From the NCBI GenBank assembly GCA_016177615.1, contig JACOUX010000006.1, positions 30,131-94,130 of the forward strand: a stretch of 64,000 bases of DNA, written 5' to 3'. Shown here in pieces: positions 47,191-56,615 of this stretch; position 1 is the stretch's first letter, and each line of letters opens with the position of its first letter. The translations under genes were made by a program, and so were the position numbers. This stretch comes from Candidatus Woesearchaeota archaeon. Its GTDB lineage: Archaea; Nanobdellota; Nanobdellia; Woesearchaeales; GW2011-AR4. The notes under the pieces are model-generated. The model was not told where the DNA came from. It did not search any database and saw only the letters and a program-made list of their open reading frames with translations.

Positions 47191-48339
47191 TTATTTCTTA
47201 GGTCTATTTTGTTCAATTTTAGCAGCAATATCTTCTGGCGCATGTTTAAGAACTGGAATACCTAAAAAGTGTGACATAATTCCACTGCGCCTTTCAGTTT
47301 CTAATTCAGGCGAAGCGGGATATATGCTAAATTTCCAATGATACAATCTTGAATCTCTCCTGGATTTCCAAGGGGCTTGTACCAATTCATAATTATATCC
47401 GCAATCAGGATATGTATTGCCTAGTGCAATCATGGTTCTATGCAACATATCTGCAAACGATGAAGCTTGTTCATCGGTTATTTCATCAAACAGGCTTTGA
47501 TGGTTTATTGGAACAATCTTAATCTCTGAATGATACGGGGGCATATCTGGATCTCGCACATAATAGCTTATATGAGTACCATCATTTTCTCTTGCTAGAG
47601 GCAAATCTCTTAGTTCAATACATCCTTTGCACCCCATTAATATCTTTCCTAAATTGTCAGTTTTTAATATTTTCTCATATTTTTCGGATGGAAGATCATA
47701 CTCCTCTATACGTTTTGGAGTTTTGTCAAGTGCAATTCCCTGGGAATGTAAATGTGGTTGTGAATCGCCTGCATCTTTCTTCATGCCATCTTTGTACCCG
47801 CCATTTCTATTTTTTATTACACCGCCAAATTCATACATACCATACCCTTCACTTCTTAATGCTCGCAGCATTTGAATCCACCCCCATACAATGTTGTGGT
47901 AGTAATTTCTAGTCATTGGGGAATCTTCAAATGTATCAAGATAGTGATTTGGTGTTTCAATCATAACCAAATGTCTTCCTCTTGCCAATCTTCTATTGGA
48001 AAAAATACTAAGTTGATTAAGATAAGTCATATCAATTCCTTTTGTGATTTCTGGAGGCACTACTGTTGGAAATTTGTTGTCAATAACGTACAAACCCCGG
48101 TCTTCCATCATAGCCAGCCTGGCGCCACCAAAATATACTTCCCCTAATTTATGCCGAGCATCAGGACAGAAAACACATACTTCGTCAAGCGTTTTATCTT
48201 TTGCCGGCTCTGGCTTAGCAAGCCTAGTATAAGGAACTATAGCCTGTTTTCCACTAGAACCTGTTCTAATTTCTGAGGCACCACGTAATAAATTAAAGTC
48301 AATAGTGTGCTTATCGCCATCTGCCAAGATTCTCACCAA
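47191..48339 (-). CDS. GalT-like (HIT superfamily) nucleotidyltransferase
   Basis: CVFCP, NKFP, GRHLVMIETPNH, SQPHLHSQ, YHW, PEDIA. Confidence 0.75.
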   Translation of the reverse strand: MVRILADGDKHTIDFNLLRGASEIRTGSSGKQAIVPYTRLAKPEPAKDKTLDEVCVFCPDARHKLGEVYFGGARLAMMEDRGLYVIDNKFPTVVPPEITKGIDMTYLNQLSIFSNRRLARGRHLVMIETPNHYLDTFEDSPMTRNYYHNIVWGWIQMLRALRSEGYGMYEFGGVIKNRNGGYKDGMKKDAGDSQPHLHSQGIALDKTPKRIEEYDLPSEKYEKILKTDNLGKILMGCKGCIELRDLPLARENDGTHISYYVRDPDMPPYHSEIKIVPINHQSLFDEITDEQASSFADMLHRTMIALGNTYPDCGYNYELVQAPWKSRRDSRLYHWKFSIYPASPELETERRSGIMSHFLGIPVLKHAPEDIAAKIEQNRPKK

Positions 48340-48422
48340 ATTACTCTAATAAACTAGTGCTTATAAATCTTTCCATATAGTTATAACTTAAAAGTAGTTA
48401 AAATTTATCCTAAGAAATCTAA

Positions 48423-49631
48423 TCATTCCTGCTCAATCACAATCATCGTGTAATTGGCATTAAGGTATTTCTTTGCGACCATTTTAACATCTTCTATGGA
48501 AACTTTTTTTACATTTTTTAGATAAGATTCTGCCAATCTTGAATCTTTTATTGACTCCCAGACTGCAAGATTGTCTGCATGGTGGAAATTATCTTCCATC
48601 TGCAAAGTGTGGTTTCCTTCAATGTAAGTCTTGGCTTCATCCAGCTCAGTATCACTTAAGTTTTCCAGCTTCCTAAGCTGCTCTAGGATTATTTCTTTTG
48701 CCTTTTCGATATTCTTTTTATCTAATCCAGTATAAACCGCAAACATCCCGTAATCAGATTCATGCTCAGTGTTCACGCCAACCTGGTATGCAAGGCCCCT
48801 TTTGTTCCTTATCTCGTTGAACATCCATCCTGACTGGCCCCTTCCAAGCACTGCTGAAATTACATCAAGAACATAGCTATCAGCATGAGTCCTTGAAACA
48901 GTTTTGTACCCAAGAACCATGTATGAATTCAAAGTTTTCTTTTTCTCAATGAAATTTTTTATTTTATTCTGCAATGGCTCATTTATAGCAGGCCTTCTCA
49001 AAAGTTTTCCCGGCTTAAGCTTTCCAAAGTATTTTTCTATCTTTTCCTTTACGTTATCAACATTCCCGATAACTAAAATTATCATGTTATTCGGAACATA
49101 ATGGCTGAAATAATATCTTGAAACATGGTTTCTGTCAAAGCTTTTTACAGTTTTCACTGTCCCATAAGTCGGATTTTTAGCAGGGTGCTCTTCGAAAAGA
49201 TTTTTCTGGAAAAGAATCCATTGATGAAGCCTAGGATCATCTGTTACCATGTTTATCTCCTTCAGAACAACCTGCTTCTCTTTCTCAAGAATTTTTGAGT
49301 CAAAAACAGGATTTGCAGCCATGTCTGAAAGAATATCCAGCGCAATATCAAGCCTCTTGCTTATTATCTTGATGAAGAACGCGGTCCTGTCGCCTGTTGT
49401 GTAAGCATTGAATTCTCCGCCGTATTTTTCAATCTCGTTTGCTATTTCTCTTGAGTCTTTTCTTTTTTTTGTGCCTTCAAAAAGCATATGCTCAAGAAAG
49501 TGGGAAATGCCGGCCATTTCTTTGCTTTCAAAATTGGAGCCGACCTTGTACATGACTTCAACTGCAACAGACTTAGAAGAAGTTTTCTCGAAAATAAGGG
49601 TAATTCCATTTTTTAGCTTCTGCTTAATCAT
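48423..49631 (-). CDS. M16 family zinc peptidase
   Basis: HFLEH, NAYT, EIRNKRGLAY. Confidence 0.92.
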   Translation of the reverse strand: MIKQKLKNGITLIFEKTSSKSVAVEVMYKVGSNFESKEMAGISHFLEHMLFEGTKKRKDSREIANEIEKYGGEFNAYTTGDRTAFFIKIISKRLDIALDILSDMAANPVFDSKILEKEKQVVLKEINMVTDDPRLHQWILFQKNLFEEHPAKNPTYGTVKTVKSFDRNHVSRYYFSHYVPNNMIILVIGNVDNVKEKIEKYFGKLKPGKLLRRPAINEPLQNKIKNFIEKKKTLNSYMVLGYKTVSRTHADSYVLDVISAVLGRGQSGWMFNEIRNKRGLAYQVGVNTEHESDYGMFAVYTGLDKKNIEKAKEIILEQLRKLENLSDTELDEAKTYIEGNHTLQMEDNFHHADNLAVWESIKDSRLAESYLKNVKKVSIEDVKMVAKKYLNANYTMIVIEQE

Positions 49632-49676
49632 CCAAATAGGAAAACTTTAAAACATATATAAGTTTATGGATTTTAT

Positions 49677-50747
49677 ATGAAGTTAAACGAATTCCAGAAT
49701 ATATTGGAAAAAAAGAACTGCGATTTTGCAGTGTTCTATACTGCCGATTCTTCAAGAATAAATCCAAACCTGTTTTATTTTACCGGCTACAGCGGAATAG
49801 GAATTTTGGTCGTTCCGAAAAAACATAGGCCTTTTCTAATTGCGCCGCAGATGGAATTTCAAAGAGCCAAGAAATCTTCAATCAAAAAAGTTTATTCCAT
49901 GGAGAAGAAAAGATTTTTTGAATCAGCCCATTCCATAATAAAGAAAAATAGCATTAAAACTAAAAACATTGCTATTGACAAGAATAATTTTACTTTAAAT
50001 TCTTACAAGCATTTCAAAAGGCAATTCAAAAAATCAAAAACAAAAGATATTGCTTTAGAATGCCTGAAATTAAGGGGGAGAAAAACAGAAAAGGAAGTAC
50101 AAATCTTAAGGAAGTCATGCAATTATGCTGACAATATTCTTCAAAAAACGATTAAAAACTTCGAATCATTCAAAACTGAATCAGAAGTTTCTGCATTTCT
50201 GGAATACGAGACGAAAAAATTAGGTTTAGAACTCTCCTTTAATCCAATAATAGCATCAGGAAGCAACGGAAGCATGCCCCATTACGAGCCAAAAAATATC
50301 AAGATAAAAAATGGATTTTGCGTTATTGATTTTGGGGTAAAATATAAGGGATATTGCTCTGACATAACGAGGACAATTTATATTGGAAAGCCGAGCCAAA
50401 AAGAAAGAGGAATTTATAATTTATTATTGGGAATTCAGGAAGATTCAATTAAAATGGTAAAAAATAACATCAAATGCTCCGGGATTTATGATTTTGTATG
50501 CAATAAGCTGGGAAAATATAAAAATAATTTTACTCACGGGCTTGGGCACGGAGTGGGTATTGAAATCCACGAAATGCCAAACCTTACCTTAAATTCAACA
50601 GACAGGATAAAAGACAATATGGTTTTTACTATTGAGCCGGGAGTTTATTTTCCTAATAAGTTCGGGATAAGGATCGAGGATACTATTTTGTTTAAGGGGA
50701 GAGTTAAAGTTTTGACCAGAACATCAAAACATTTATTAATCGTTTAG
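49677..50747 (+). CDS. Xaa-Pro aminopeptidase (M24B)
   Basis: IDFG..GYCSDITRT, HGLGHGVG, TIEPG, GIRIED. Confidence 0.92.
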   Translation: MKLNEFQNILEKKNCDFAVFYTADSSRINPNLFYFTGYSGIGILVVPKKHRPFLIAPQMEFQRAKKSSIKKVYSMEKKRFFESAHSIIKKNSIKTKNIAIDKNNFTLNSYKHFKRQFKKSKTKDIALECLKLRGRKTEKEVQILRKSCNYADNILQKTIKNFESFKTESEVSAFLEYETKKLGLELSFNPIIASGSNGSMPHYEPKNIKIKNGFCVIDFGVKYKGYCSDITRTIYIGKPSQKERGIYNLLLGIQEDSIKMVKNNIKCSGIYDFVCNKLGKYKNNFTHGLGHGVGIEIHEMPNLTLNSTDRIKDNMVFTIEPGVYFPNKFGIRIEDTILFKGRVKVLTRTSKHLLIV

Positions 50748-50834
50748 TCTTGCCTTTTCTGATGAAATACAACGAGAGCGCCTTTAATTCTGCATAAAAA
50801 TGCCTTCTACTCTATTGCTCCTTTATCAAGAGCT

Positions 50835-52463
50835 TTGCATGATCTTGAAGCCGATGTAAGCTGCATTGGAATTAACGGGAAATCAGAAGCTCTTGATGCG
50901 GTAAAAGATGTCTGGAATGTTTCTGAAGAGCTTGAAAATGGAATCAGCAATGAGAAAACTTCTGCTCTGAAAGAATTCATAGAAGAAGTCGACAAAAAAG
51001 CAAAAGGTGAATTCAAAAAAATATTCAAAAAGCCGGATTTTATTCTTGAAGCAAAGAACGGAAAATTCAAAGGAAATTTAGAGCTGCCATTCCATTCAGA
51101 ATGGTTCAATGATTACAGGATGGATGAATTAATGCAGACTTCTAATATCCTATGGAGAGATGTTTATTCTTTAAAAAAAGGTGAGAAAGTCGGAATTGGA
51201 TTTTCTCTCATACCAACTTCTGAGCTAATAGGGCATCCTTTGGAAGACTATCTAGATTCATATTCCATAATCTGGGCAATGACGCAAAGCGCATCAAAAA
51301 TAGCAGAGCCTACAATGAGCGGCTATACTTTCAGGAGGTCTATGCTTGAAAGCAGCGAAAAGGTTTCTGAACTAAGGTCAACATTGTTGGGATGTGAATT
51401 AGACAAGGAAATAGATGAAGAGCCTTTTATTAAATACAAAAAACTTTCAAAATTATTAGGCTTAGACAGAATAAAACCAATCGATTTGTCTTTTTCAATA
51501 AGCGCAAAAGGATACCCCGGAAAACATTTGTTTGGAGAAATAATCGGATATCCGTCATCAAATAAAAAAACAAGATGGCAGACACCTGGGCAGATAGTCT
51601 ACAAGCTTGATTTCTACCCGCAGACAAAGTATGAGCCAAGAGACCCGATTGCGAGGGTTGCTTTTACTGAAACAATCCCAATAGACATCTTCATAGAAAC
51701 AAACCTTGTCGACTGGAAAGACATAAGGGAAAGAAACCAAAAGATAAAGGACAAGATGGATAGGTGCGATGTCATTTACGTTGAAGGAAAACTGAAAGAG
51801 AGGCATGTAACTAAACTTGAAGTTGGGTTAGTGAAAGAAAACGGCACAAGAAGATGGGTCAGAAGGTCAGATACTGATGTAAGGGAGAAGATAAACAAGA
51901 CTTATTTTGAGATGACAGGAATAAGAGCAGGAAACATGGGAAATATACCTGGAGGAGAGGCTTTCACAACGCCGGAATACATTAAAGGAGTTTTTGTCGG
52001 GGATGTTGTTGTTCACGTCGACCAGAGCTATCCTTTGGATGAAAAAAATCCTCTTGTTATAGGATGCTATGGCGACAGCTACAAAATAATAGATGGCCCA
52101 AAGGAGATTATCACAAAAATAAACGAGAGGAAAGCGGAAGCAATGAAGCTGTTGCTCGAGGCTGAGAAAAATAATAGCCTTCCGCACGAAATAATTGATT
52201 TGAAAAAAAAGAATTTTGAGAGGGTTGGCGAGTTTGCAATCAACACAAACCCGAAGGCCAGGCTATGTGAATACCTTATTGTAAACGAGAAGATAGCAAA
52301 GATGATGCACATTGCCTTGGGCTCCGGATTCGAGCCTGACCGGAGCACAGAATACCACATGGACATCGTCTTCAATGCACCAAGGCAGAAGCTTGATGTT
52401 TTTGGAAAGGACAAGAATGGAAATATTCATTGGATTTTAAAGGAAGGGGAGTTTGTAGCTTAA
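50835..52463 (+). CDS. M29-like aminopeptidase (5' end uncertain)
   Basis: GNIPGGEAFTTP, GEFAINTN, NEKI, HIALG, HMD. Confidence 0.7.
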   Translation: MHDLEADVSCIGINGKSEALDAVKDVWNVSEELENGISNEKTSALKEFIEEVDKKAKGEFKKIFKKPDFILEAKNGKFKGNLELPFHSEWFNDYRMDELMQTSNILWRDVYSLKKGEKVGIGFSLIPTSELIGHPLEDYLDSYSIIWAMTQSASKIAEPTMSGYTFRRSMLESSEKVSELRSTLLGCELDKEIDEEPFIKYKKLSKLLGLDRIKPIDLSFSISAKGYPGKHLFGEIIGYPSSNKKTRWQTPGQIVYKLDFYPQTKYEPRDPIARVAFTETIPIDIFIETNLVDWKDIRERNQKIKDKMDRCDVIYVEGKLKERHVTKLEVGLVKENGTRRWVRRSDTDVREKINKTYFEMTGIRAGNMGNIPGGEAFTTPEYIKGVFVGDVVVHVDQSYPLDEKNPLVIGCYGDSYKIIDGPKEIITKINERKAEAMKLLLEAEKNNSLPHEIIDLKKKNFERVGEFAINTNPKARLCEYLIVNEKIAKMMHIALGSGFEPDRSTEYHMDIVFNAPRQKLDVFGKDKNGNIHWILKEGEFVA

Positions 52464-52464
52464 A

Positions 52465-53433
52465 ATGCTGGAAAAACCCTCCAACACGATTCTTAGAAAT
52501 TGCATGGCTCTCAAAAAGAATGAAAGCTGCTTGATAATAACAGACTCTAAATTAAGCAGAATAGGGCATTCATTATACAAAAACTCATTAAAAATTACAA
52601 AAAAATCAAAAATAATCCTTATTCCAATTCCAGAAGCCCACGGCAGCGAGCCTCCTTCTGGTATTGCAAAAGAAATGCTGAGATATGACGTTATTTTGAT
52701 GCCAACCACGAAATCACTGAGCCATACAACTGCAAGGAAAACTGCTTCAGTGAAAGGGGCAAGAATAGCTAGCATGCCTGGCATCACAATGAGCATGATG
52801 AAAAGGACATTAAATGTTGATTTCAATAAAATTAAGTCCATCAACGAAAAACTCATTAACAAATTAAACAATAAAAATAAAATAAGAATCACCACAAAAA
52901 AAGGGACTGATGTTTTATTTCAGCTTAAAGGGAGAAAATGGATTTCTGATGATGGTATTTACACAAAAAAGGGAGCTTTTGGCAACCTTCCTGCAGGAGA
53001 AGTGTTTATAGCGCCTCTTGAAAACAAGGCAAATGGGATAATTGTCGCTGATGCGAGCGTAGGAGGATTAGGCAAAGTTGATGAAAATATCATTGTAAAA
53101 ATCAAAAATGGGTTTATTCAGTCCATCACAGGAGGAAATGTTGCTGCCGAATTCAAAAAATTATTGAAAAATAGGCTTTACAGAAATGTTGCAGAGCTTG
53201 GAATAGGGACAAATTACAAGGCAAAAATAACCGGAGAAGTCCTGGAAGACGAGAAAGTCTCAGGCACTTTCCATGTGGCTTTCGGCAACAATATGCACTT
53301 TGGCGGAAAAGTTGATGTTCCTTTCCATGTTGACTTTGTTGTTAAGAATCCGATGATTTATGCTGATGGAGAAATCATAAAGAAGGAAAAATATCCTAAA
53401 CCCAAAGACTTTTATATTACTTTATTGTCCTAG
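52465..53433 (+). CDS. M29-like aminopeptidase
   Basis: GNLPAGEVFIAP, AELGIGTN, EDEKV, HVAFG, HVD. Confidence 0.85.
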   Translation: MLEKPSNTILRNCMALKKNESCLIITDSKLSRIGHSLYKNSLKITKKSKIILIPIPEAHGSEPPSGIAKEMLRYDVILMPTTKSLSHTTARKTASVKGARIASMPGITMSMMKRTLNVDFNKIKSINEKLINKLNNKNKIRITTKKGTDVLFQLKGRKWISDDGIYTKKGAFGNLPAGEVFIAPLENKANGIIVADASVGGLGKVDENIIVKIKNGFIQSITGGNVAAEFKKLLKNRLYRNVAELGIGTNYKAKITGEVLEDEKVSGTFHVAFGNNMHFGGKVDVPFHVDFVVKNPMIYADGEIIKKEKYPKPKDFYITLLS

Positions 53434-53438
53434 GAAAA

Positions 53439-54587
53439 ATGGCTATCCAGGAAGAAAAGACAAAAAATATAATTGACAGCGTGATGTACAGCTACTCCAC
53501 TGCCGCAAACATACATGAGGAGGAAAACAGGATTCTTAGGGAGACTGTATCAAGGCTGAGGGAAGAGGTTGAAAGGTTTAAAGCAACTCCTTTGATGGTT
53601 TGCGAAGTGAGAGACCTAATAGGCAAAAATGCCATAATAAAAATCCCGAATGGCAACCAGTTTCTTGTTAACATCTCCAATGAATGTGAGAAGCTGAGAT
53701 CAGGAGACCTTATCCTTGTCGAGCAGAAAAACCTCACTATAATAAAAAAAGTCCCGATAGCAAGGCGCTTTAATGTTGAAAAGTTTGTCATAGTTGAAAA
53801 GCCCAAGGTTTCGTGGGAAGAAATAGGTGGGTTAAATCATCAAGTCCGGGAAATAAAGGAAGTCGTGGAGCTTCCGCTGAAAAATCCTGAGCTGTTCAAG
53901 AAAATCGGAATTTCTCCTCCAAAAGGCATATTGCTTTATGGAGAGCCGGGAACCGGAAAAACACTTTTGGCAAAGGCCGTTGCAGCATCCACAAACTCCA
54001 CTTTCATCGAGGTTGTAGGCTCCGAGCTGGTGCAGAAATTCATAGGCGAAGGCGCAAAGCTGGTAAAGGAAATCTTTGAGCTGGCGAGGAGAAAATCACC
54101 TTCTGTAGTGTTTATTGACGAGCTGGACGCATTGGCCGCAAAAAGAATGGAAGTCGGCACTTCAGGAGAAAGGGAAGTAAACAGGACCTTCATGCAGCTG
54201 CTGGCCGAAATTGACGGCTTCAAGCCATTGGACAATGTAAAGATAATAGGCGCGACAAACAGGAAAGACATACTGGATCCTGCAATAATAAGGCCGGGAA
54301 GGCTCGACAGGCTTATTGAAATTCCGATTCCAACAAAAGAAGCCAGGATTGAGATATTCAAAATCCACACAAAAAGCATGAGCCTTGATAAAAGCGTTGA
54401 CATAGCGCACATCAATGGGGAAACAGAAGGATTAAGCGGGGCAGAGATAAGGGCGATATGTACAGAAGCAGGATATTTTGCAATCAGGGATAACAGGACT
54501 CAAGTTACAAAATCAGATTTTCTGAAAGGAATTGAAAGGGTCAGGCAGGAAGAGAAAGATAGCGATTACAAGGGGATTTTTGGGTAG
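53439..54587 (+). CDS. pan: Proteasome-activating nucleotidase
   Basis: N-terminal coiled coil, GEPGTGKT, FIDELD, RPGRLDR. Confidence 0.93.
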   Translation: MAIQEEKTKNIIDSVMYSYSTAANIHEEENRILRETVSRLREEVERFKATPLMVCEVRDLIGKNAIIKIPNGNQFLVNISNECEKLRSGDLILVEQKNLTIIKKVPIARRFNVEKFVIVEKPKVSWEEIGGLNHQVREIKEVVELPLKNPELFKKIGISPPKGILLYGEPGTGKTLLAKAVAASTNSTFIEVVGSELVQKFIGEGAKLVKEIFELARRKSPSVVFIDELDALAAKRMEVGTSGEREVNRTFMQLLAEIDGFKPLDNVKIIGATNRKDILDPAIIRPGRLDRLIEIPIPTKEARIEIFKIHTKSMSLDKSVDIAHINGETEGLSGAEIRAICTEAGYFAIRDNRTQVTKSDFLKGIERVRQEEKDSDYKGIFG

Positions 54588-54620
54588 AAAGCCTTAAAAA
54601 CAAATGTTCATTCTGGCTGA

Positions 54621-54737
54621 TGTGTACGCGATGACTTCGTGAACACCCTTTGAGCAGTGACATGCGGGTGAGCTTCGTTTCACTCGCTCACAAATTCACG
54701 GCGATGAAATGCGGAAAGTAACTGCTGAGCGTACACA
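54621..54737 (+). ncRNA. Candidate structured small RNA (C/D-box-like)
   Basis: 9-bp terminal stem TGTGTACGC/GCGTACACA; GCGATGA (C-like) twice; CTGA (D) before the 3' stem; TATA-like box about 25 nt upstream. Confidence 0.45.
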
Positions 54738-54738
54738 C

Positions 54739-55572
54739 TTAATTAACTTTAAAATCAACACACACCCTATAGAATCCAGGAGAGTACTGCCCGCATTTTA
54801 AAATATTCAGTATTTTAAACCTTTTATTCAATCCTTGGCAGGCCCTTTGAATCTTATCTTCTGCCTTGTAAAATTCATTCTCATGCAGGAAATCGTAAAA
54901 ATGAATTATTCCGTTATTTTTAATATGAGTTAATGCCAGTTCAAGGAAATGCTCTCCGCCTTTGGGCAGCGGCATCAGAATTCTGTCAAACTTTTTATTT
55001 AACTTAGACAGGATTTTTTTGACATCTCCCAAAAAAATCTTGATTTTGCTTTCCATCTTATTTCTTATTACATTTTCCAGAGCATATTTGTGTGCAACAG
55101 GATTTATTTCGATTCCATAAACTTCTTTGCATTTGGAGTTTTTTGCTATGACTAAAGGGTATGGTCCGGCGCCTGAAAACATCACTAGAACAGATTCATC
55201 CGGCTTGGTCAACTCAGAAATTCTTTTCCTCTCTGTTGACATTCTTGGGGAGAAATAAACTCTTTCAACATCCAGCTTTATGAAAACGCCGTTTTCCTTG
55301 TGTGTTGTTTCTTTTCTTTTCCCGCCTGCAATGATTTTCAGTTTAGGAGTCCTGAATTTGCCTGAATATTTTTTGGTTTTTTTGAGGATTGTTTTAATAT
55401 GCGGATAAGTTTTCAATATGGTTTCTCCGATTAACTTTTCTTTTTTGCTTAATTCTTTTGGAAACTCAGAGAAAATAAGAATATCGCCGACTACATCAAA
55501 TGAGGTAGGAAGCAACTCCAGCTCTTTTTTGCTTAATTTATTTTTTAGGTAAAATTTTAGGTTTTGTTTCAT
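54739..55572 (-). CDS. Trm5/Taw2 (Met-10+) family tRNA methyltransferase
   Basis: FDVVGDI, VYFSPRM..ER, MFSGAGP, EINP, DRILMPLP. Confidence 0.88.
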   Translation of the reverse strand: MKQNLKFYLKNKLSKKELELLPTSFDVVGDILIFSEFPKELSKKEKLIGETILKTYPHIKTILKKTKKYSGKFRTPKLKIIAGGKRKETTHKENGVFIKLDVERVYFSPRMSTERKRISELTKPDESVLVMFSGAGPYPLVIAKNSKCKEVYGIEINPVAHKYALENVIRNKMESKIKIFLGDVKKILSKLNKKFDRILMPLPKGGEHFLELALTHIKNNGIIHFYDFLHENEFYKAEDKIQRACQGLNKRFKILNILKCGQYSPGFYRVCVDFKVN

Positions 55573-56606
55573 CCAAAAAACTCCCCCAGCCCTTTCTGGT
55601 TCGCTTTCCTTTTTGACTCCACGAGCCCTTCAATCTGCCCTCTTACCCTTTCTTCCGAAAAGTCATGCTTGTCAACAAGCAACTTGGTAATCTCTTCTTC
55701 ATCTATATCTGACCAGTTAAGGCTGTAATCATTGCTTACTGGCATGTTTCTTATCAAGTCAAACACTTCTTCCCACCCAAATTCAAAATGCTCATTCCAT
55801 TTTGCCTCATTGAATATAGATTTAAGATCATTTCCATGCTTTTTTACAATTTTAAGGGCAGTCCTTGGGCCTATTCCCTTGACTCCACCCATATTGTAAT
55901 CTGTGCCTATCAGCATGGCAAGAGCAATAAGCTGTCCATGGCCTATGCCTAAATGCCTAAGGTTATCTTCAAGCACAATCAAATCGGGATTTATAGTCTG
56001 AAAACTTAGCTTGTTTGCCTTCTTTTTCCTGCCGGTCATGTTGAGGTTCCTTATAATCCTTGGAGACTCAAACAGCAATGCATCAGCGTCATTTGTGGCA
56101 ATAGAGAAAGCATCGCCATTTCTTACAATCAAAGATGCCTGGGCCTCTGCCTCTGTCGGCGCTTCAATGACTGGCAATCCAAACGCTTCTGCAAGCTTTT
56201 TTGCCTCTTCAATCATCTCATCTGTCAGCCTTGATGTCCTTGCAGCGTACTTCTTCATTAATCCTTCATCTGCTTTCTCCTTTGCTTTTTCAAAATTTTT
56301 TTCAGCTTCAATCTTCATTGCCTTTCTTTTTTCAAGAGTCAGTTTTTTCAGGACAGGAGGCTCTCCGTCAAACACAAAAGCCAGCCTGATGCTCCTCTGG
56401 GCTAGGCTGGATATTCTGGACAACAGCCCCATTAAATGGGAGGTCACATTCCCCTTTGAATCAGTAAGCAAAGAGCCGTCCCGCTGCCTTATCGAGCTCA
56501 GGAATTGGTAAAGCCACATCGGGGCATCAACAATTAATGTTTTATTTCTGAGAAAATCTAAGTCAATCTCTTTCATCAGCAATAATTCGGTTAAGGCAAC
56601 TCCCAT
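55569..56606 (-). CDS. fen: Flap endonuclease 1
   Basis: YQFLSSIRQ, FVFDG, EAEAQ, GTDYN..GIGP, C-terminal PIP box QKGLGEFF. Confidence 0.96.
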   Translation of the reverse strand: MGVALTELLLMKEIDLDFLRNKTLIVDAPMWLYQFLSSIRQRDGSLLTDSKGNVTSHLMGLLSRISSLAQRSIRLAFVFDGEPPVLKKLTLEKRKAMKIEAEKNFEKAKEKADEGLMKKYAARTSRLTDEMIEEAKKLAEAFGLPVIEAPTEAEAQASLIVRNGDAFSIATNDADALLFESPRIIRNLNMTGRKKKANKLSFQTINPDLIVLEDNLRHLGIGHGQLIALAMLIGTDYNMGGVKGIGPRTALKIVKKHGNDLKSIFNEAKWNEHFEFGWEEVFDLIRNMPVSNDYSLNWSDIDEEEITKLLVDKHDFSEERVRGQIEGLVESKRKANQKGLGEFFG

Positions 56607-56615
56607 TTTGGTTAA

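Noticed and set aside
54634-54716. Short complementarity of the ncRNA candidate to the pre-5S intron (CGTGAAC across the 3' junction; AAATGCGGA in the intron)
   Set aside because: Only 7- and 9-nt matches, which chance could explain. Worth revisiting only if both RNAs covary in relatives.
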